Source: Dendrobates tinctorius (lineage: Eukaryota). From it: a DNA stretch of 64,000 bases. The notes below the pieces were generated by a model that had not been told where the DNA came from, did not search any database, and saw nothing but the letters and a program-made list of their open reading frames with translations. The translations under genes and the position numbers were made by a program. The stretch covers positions 2,852,001 through 2,916,000 of the forward strand of contig NW_027361743.1 of assembly GCF_039654945.1 (NCBI RefSeq). Direction: 5' to 3'. Positions 62,710 to 64,000 of this stretch are shown piece by piece. The stretch's first letter is position 1. The number at the start of each line of letters is the position of its first letter.

Positions 62710-63705
62710 CAGGATGGGCCATGTGTATGGATACACCTAAATAAAATGGGAATAGTTGGTGATATCAACTTCCTGTTTGTGGCACATTAGTATATGGGAG
62801 AGGAAAACCTTACAAGATCAGTGGTGACCATGGCAGGCATTTTGAAGTCTATCATTTTGGATCCAACTTTATTTTTTCCAATGGGAAGAGGGTCAAGTGA
62901 CACATCAAACTCATTAAGAATTTCACAAGAAAAACAATGGTGTGCTTGGTTTTAATGTAACTTTATTCTTTTATGAGTTATTTGCAAGTTTCTCTTTGTT
63001 TACAGCCATTGACATGTCGCAGAGGTTAACACATGAGGAGCGGTTAGAAATTGTGTTGATATCTGATGAACACAGTACCTGAGTCATTGCAGCAGATTCG
63101 TTGAGATGCTACAGCAGCTGGATTTTGTAAAGGTGCCATTTGTGAGTAGCTAATATCTGCAGAAAGGATGTTCAACTGATGCCAGATCGGTGCGCTGAAT
63201 TTACAGAATGGGCAAACCAAAAATTGGAACAGGACCCTCAGTTTACACAGAACATTATGTTCAGTGATGAGGCAAACTTTTTTGGCTGGGCCATTTATAT
63301 GGATACACCTAAACAAAATGGGAATGGTGACAGTTTTCTTGCGTAGGGTGTCTTGCATTGAAATCTGCTGCAATTACCCAGGTACTGCACTCACGTGTTA
63401 ACCTTTGCGACATGTCAATGACTGTAAACAAAGAGAAACTTGTAAATAACTCATGAAAGAATAAAGTTACATTAAAGCCAAGCACACCATTGTTTTTCTT
63501 GTGAAATTCTCAATAGGTTTGAGGTGTCTTCCCATTGGAAAAAATAAAGTTGGATCCAAAATGGCAGACTTCAAAATGGCCACCTTGGTCACCACCCATC
63601 TTGATAAGTTCCCCCTCCCATATACTAATGTGCCACAAACAGGAAGTTGATATCACCAACCATTCCCATTTTATTTAGATGTATCCATATACATGGCCCA
63701 CCTTG
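62710..63705. mobile_element. Non-autonomous Tc1/mariner (probably DD41D/rosa-like) element with ~320-bp inverted arms
   Basis: TA TSD; arms 62710-63035 and 63395-63705; remnants MSQRLTHEERLEIVLI and QDPQFTQNIMFSDEANF. Confidence 0.78.
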
Positions 63706-64000
63706 TAGATGTAGAACTAAATGCAAATCTCTCATCCATGGGCTGAGTCTTACATTGTAAATCAGATTGACTGGAGTAAATGGAACAGAGCTGTAATGAC
63801 CAACGTCCTGTTCATTTTTAAAGTGATTTTGAATGCAGATATAGGTTTCTCCTAGACTCACTCTTGTCATACTCAAAAGTGCATTGGTCACAACAGGTTG
63901 CATTTCTACAACCATGGTTTGGTCTTGCTTCAGTTATCTTAATTTGGAATTAGCATCTTAATGCCAATGGTTGCTACGATCGGAAACTATGCTAAGGAGC

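Noticed and set aside
27227-64000. Additional upstream cntn5 exons
   Set aside because: No Ig-domain peptide with splice sites was recognised; the next exon probably lies beyond the window, although a short exon could have been missed by eye.

Overview
Vertebrate genomic DNA, most likely a frog (inferred from the transposon repertoire). The window lies inside a contactin-5 (cntn5)-like gene on the minus strand. Only two coding exons are present: 27226-27106 (end of the last Ig domain) and 5581-5423 (start of the first FN3 domain). The rest is intron packed with nested mobile elements. The dominant structure is a 19.2-kb hAT transposon (36061-55231; 13-bp TIR, perfect 8-bp TSD). It carries a BED-finger transposase broken by a single nonsense codon, a degenerate 18S rRNA-derived segment, two different tandem arrays that both have a 130-bp period, a near full-length CR1 LINE whose ORF2 frameshift matches a Tc1/mariner excision footprint, and a 2.6-kb palindromic non-autonomous element with almost the same termini. 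Also present: a Chapaev3-type foldback element inside a Tc1, a truncated Tf1/sushi-type Gypsy element with self-priming and -1 frameshift signals, a near-intact Tc1, several solo LTRs with TSDs, L2/CR1 fragments, Harbinger/Kolobok/hAT/pogo-type MITEs, and minisatellites. Family names come from motif recognition, not database searches. Coordinates were counted by hand, and degraded elements have approximate ends.
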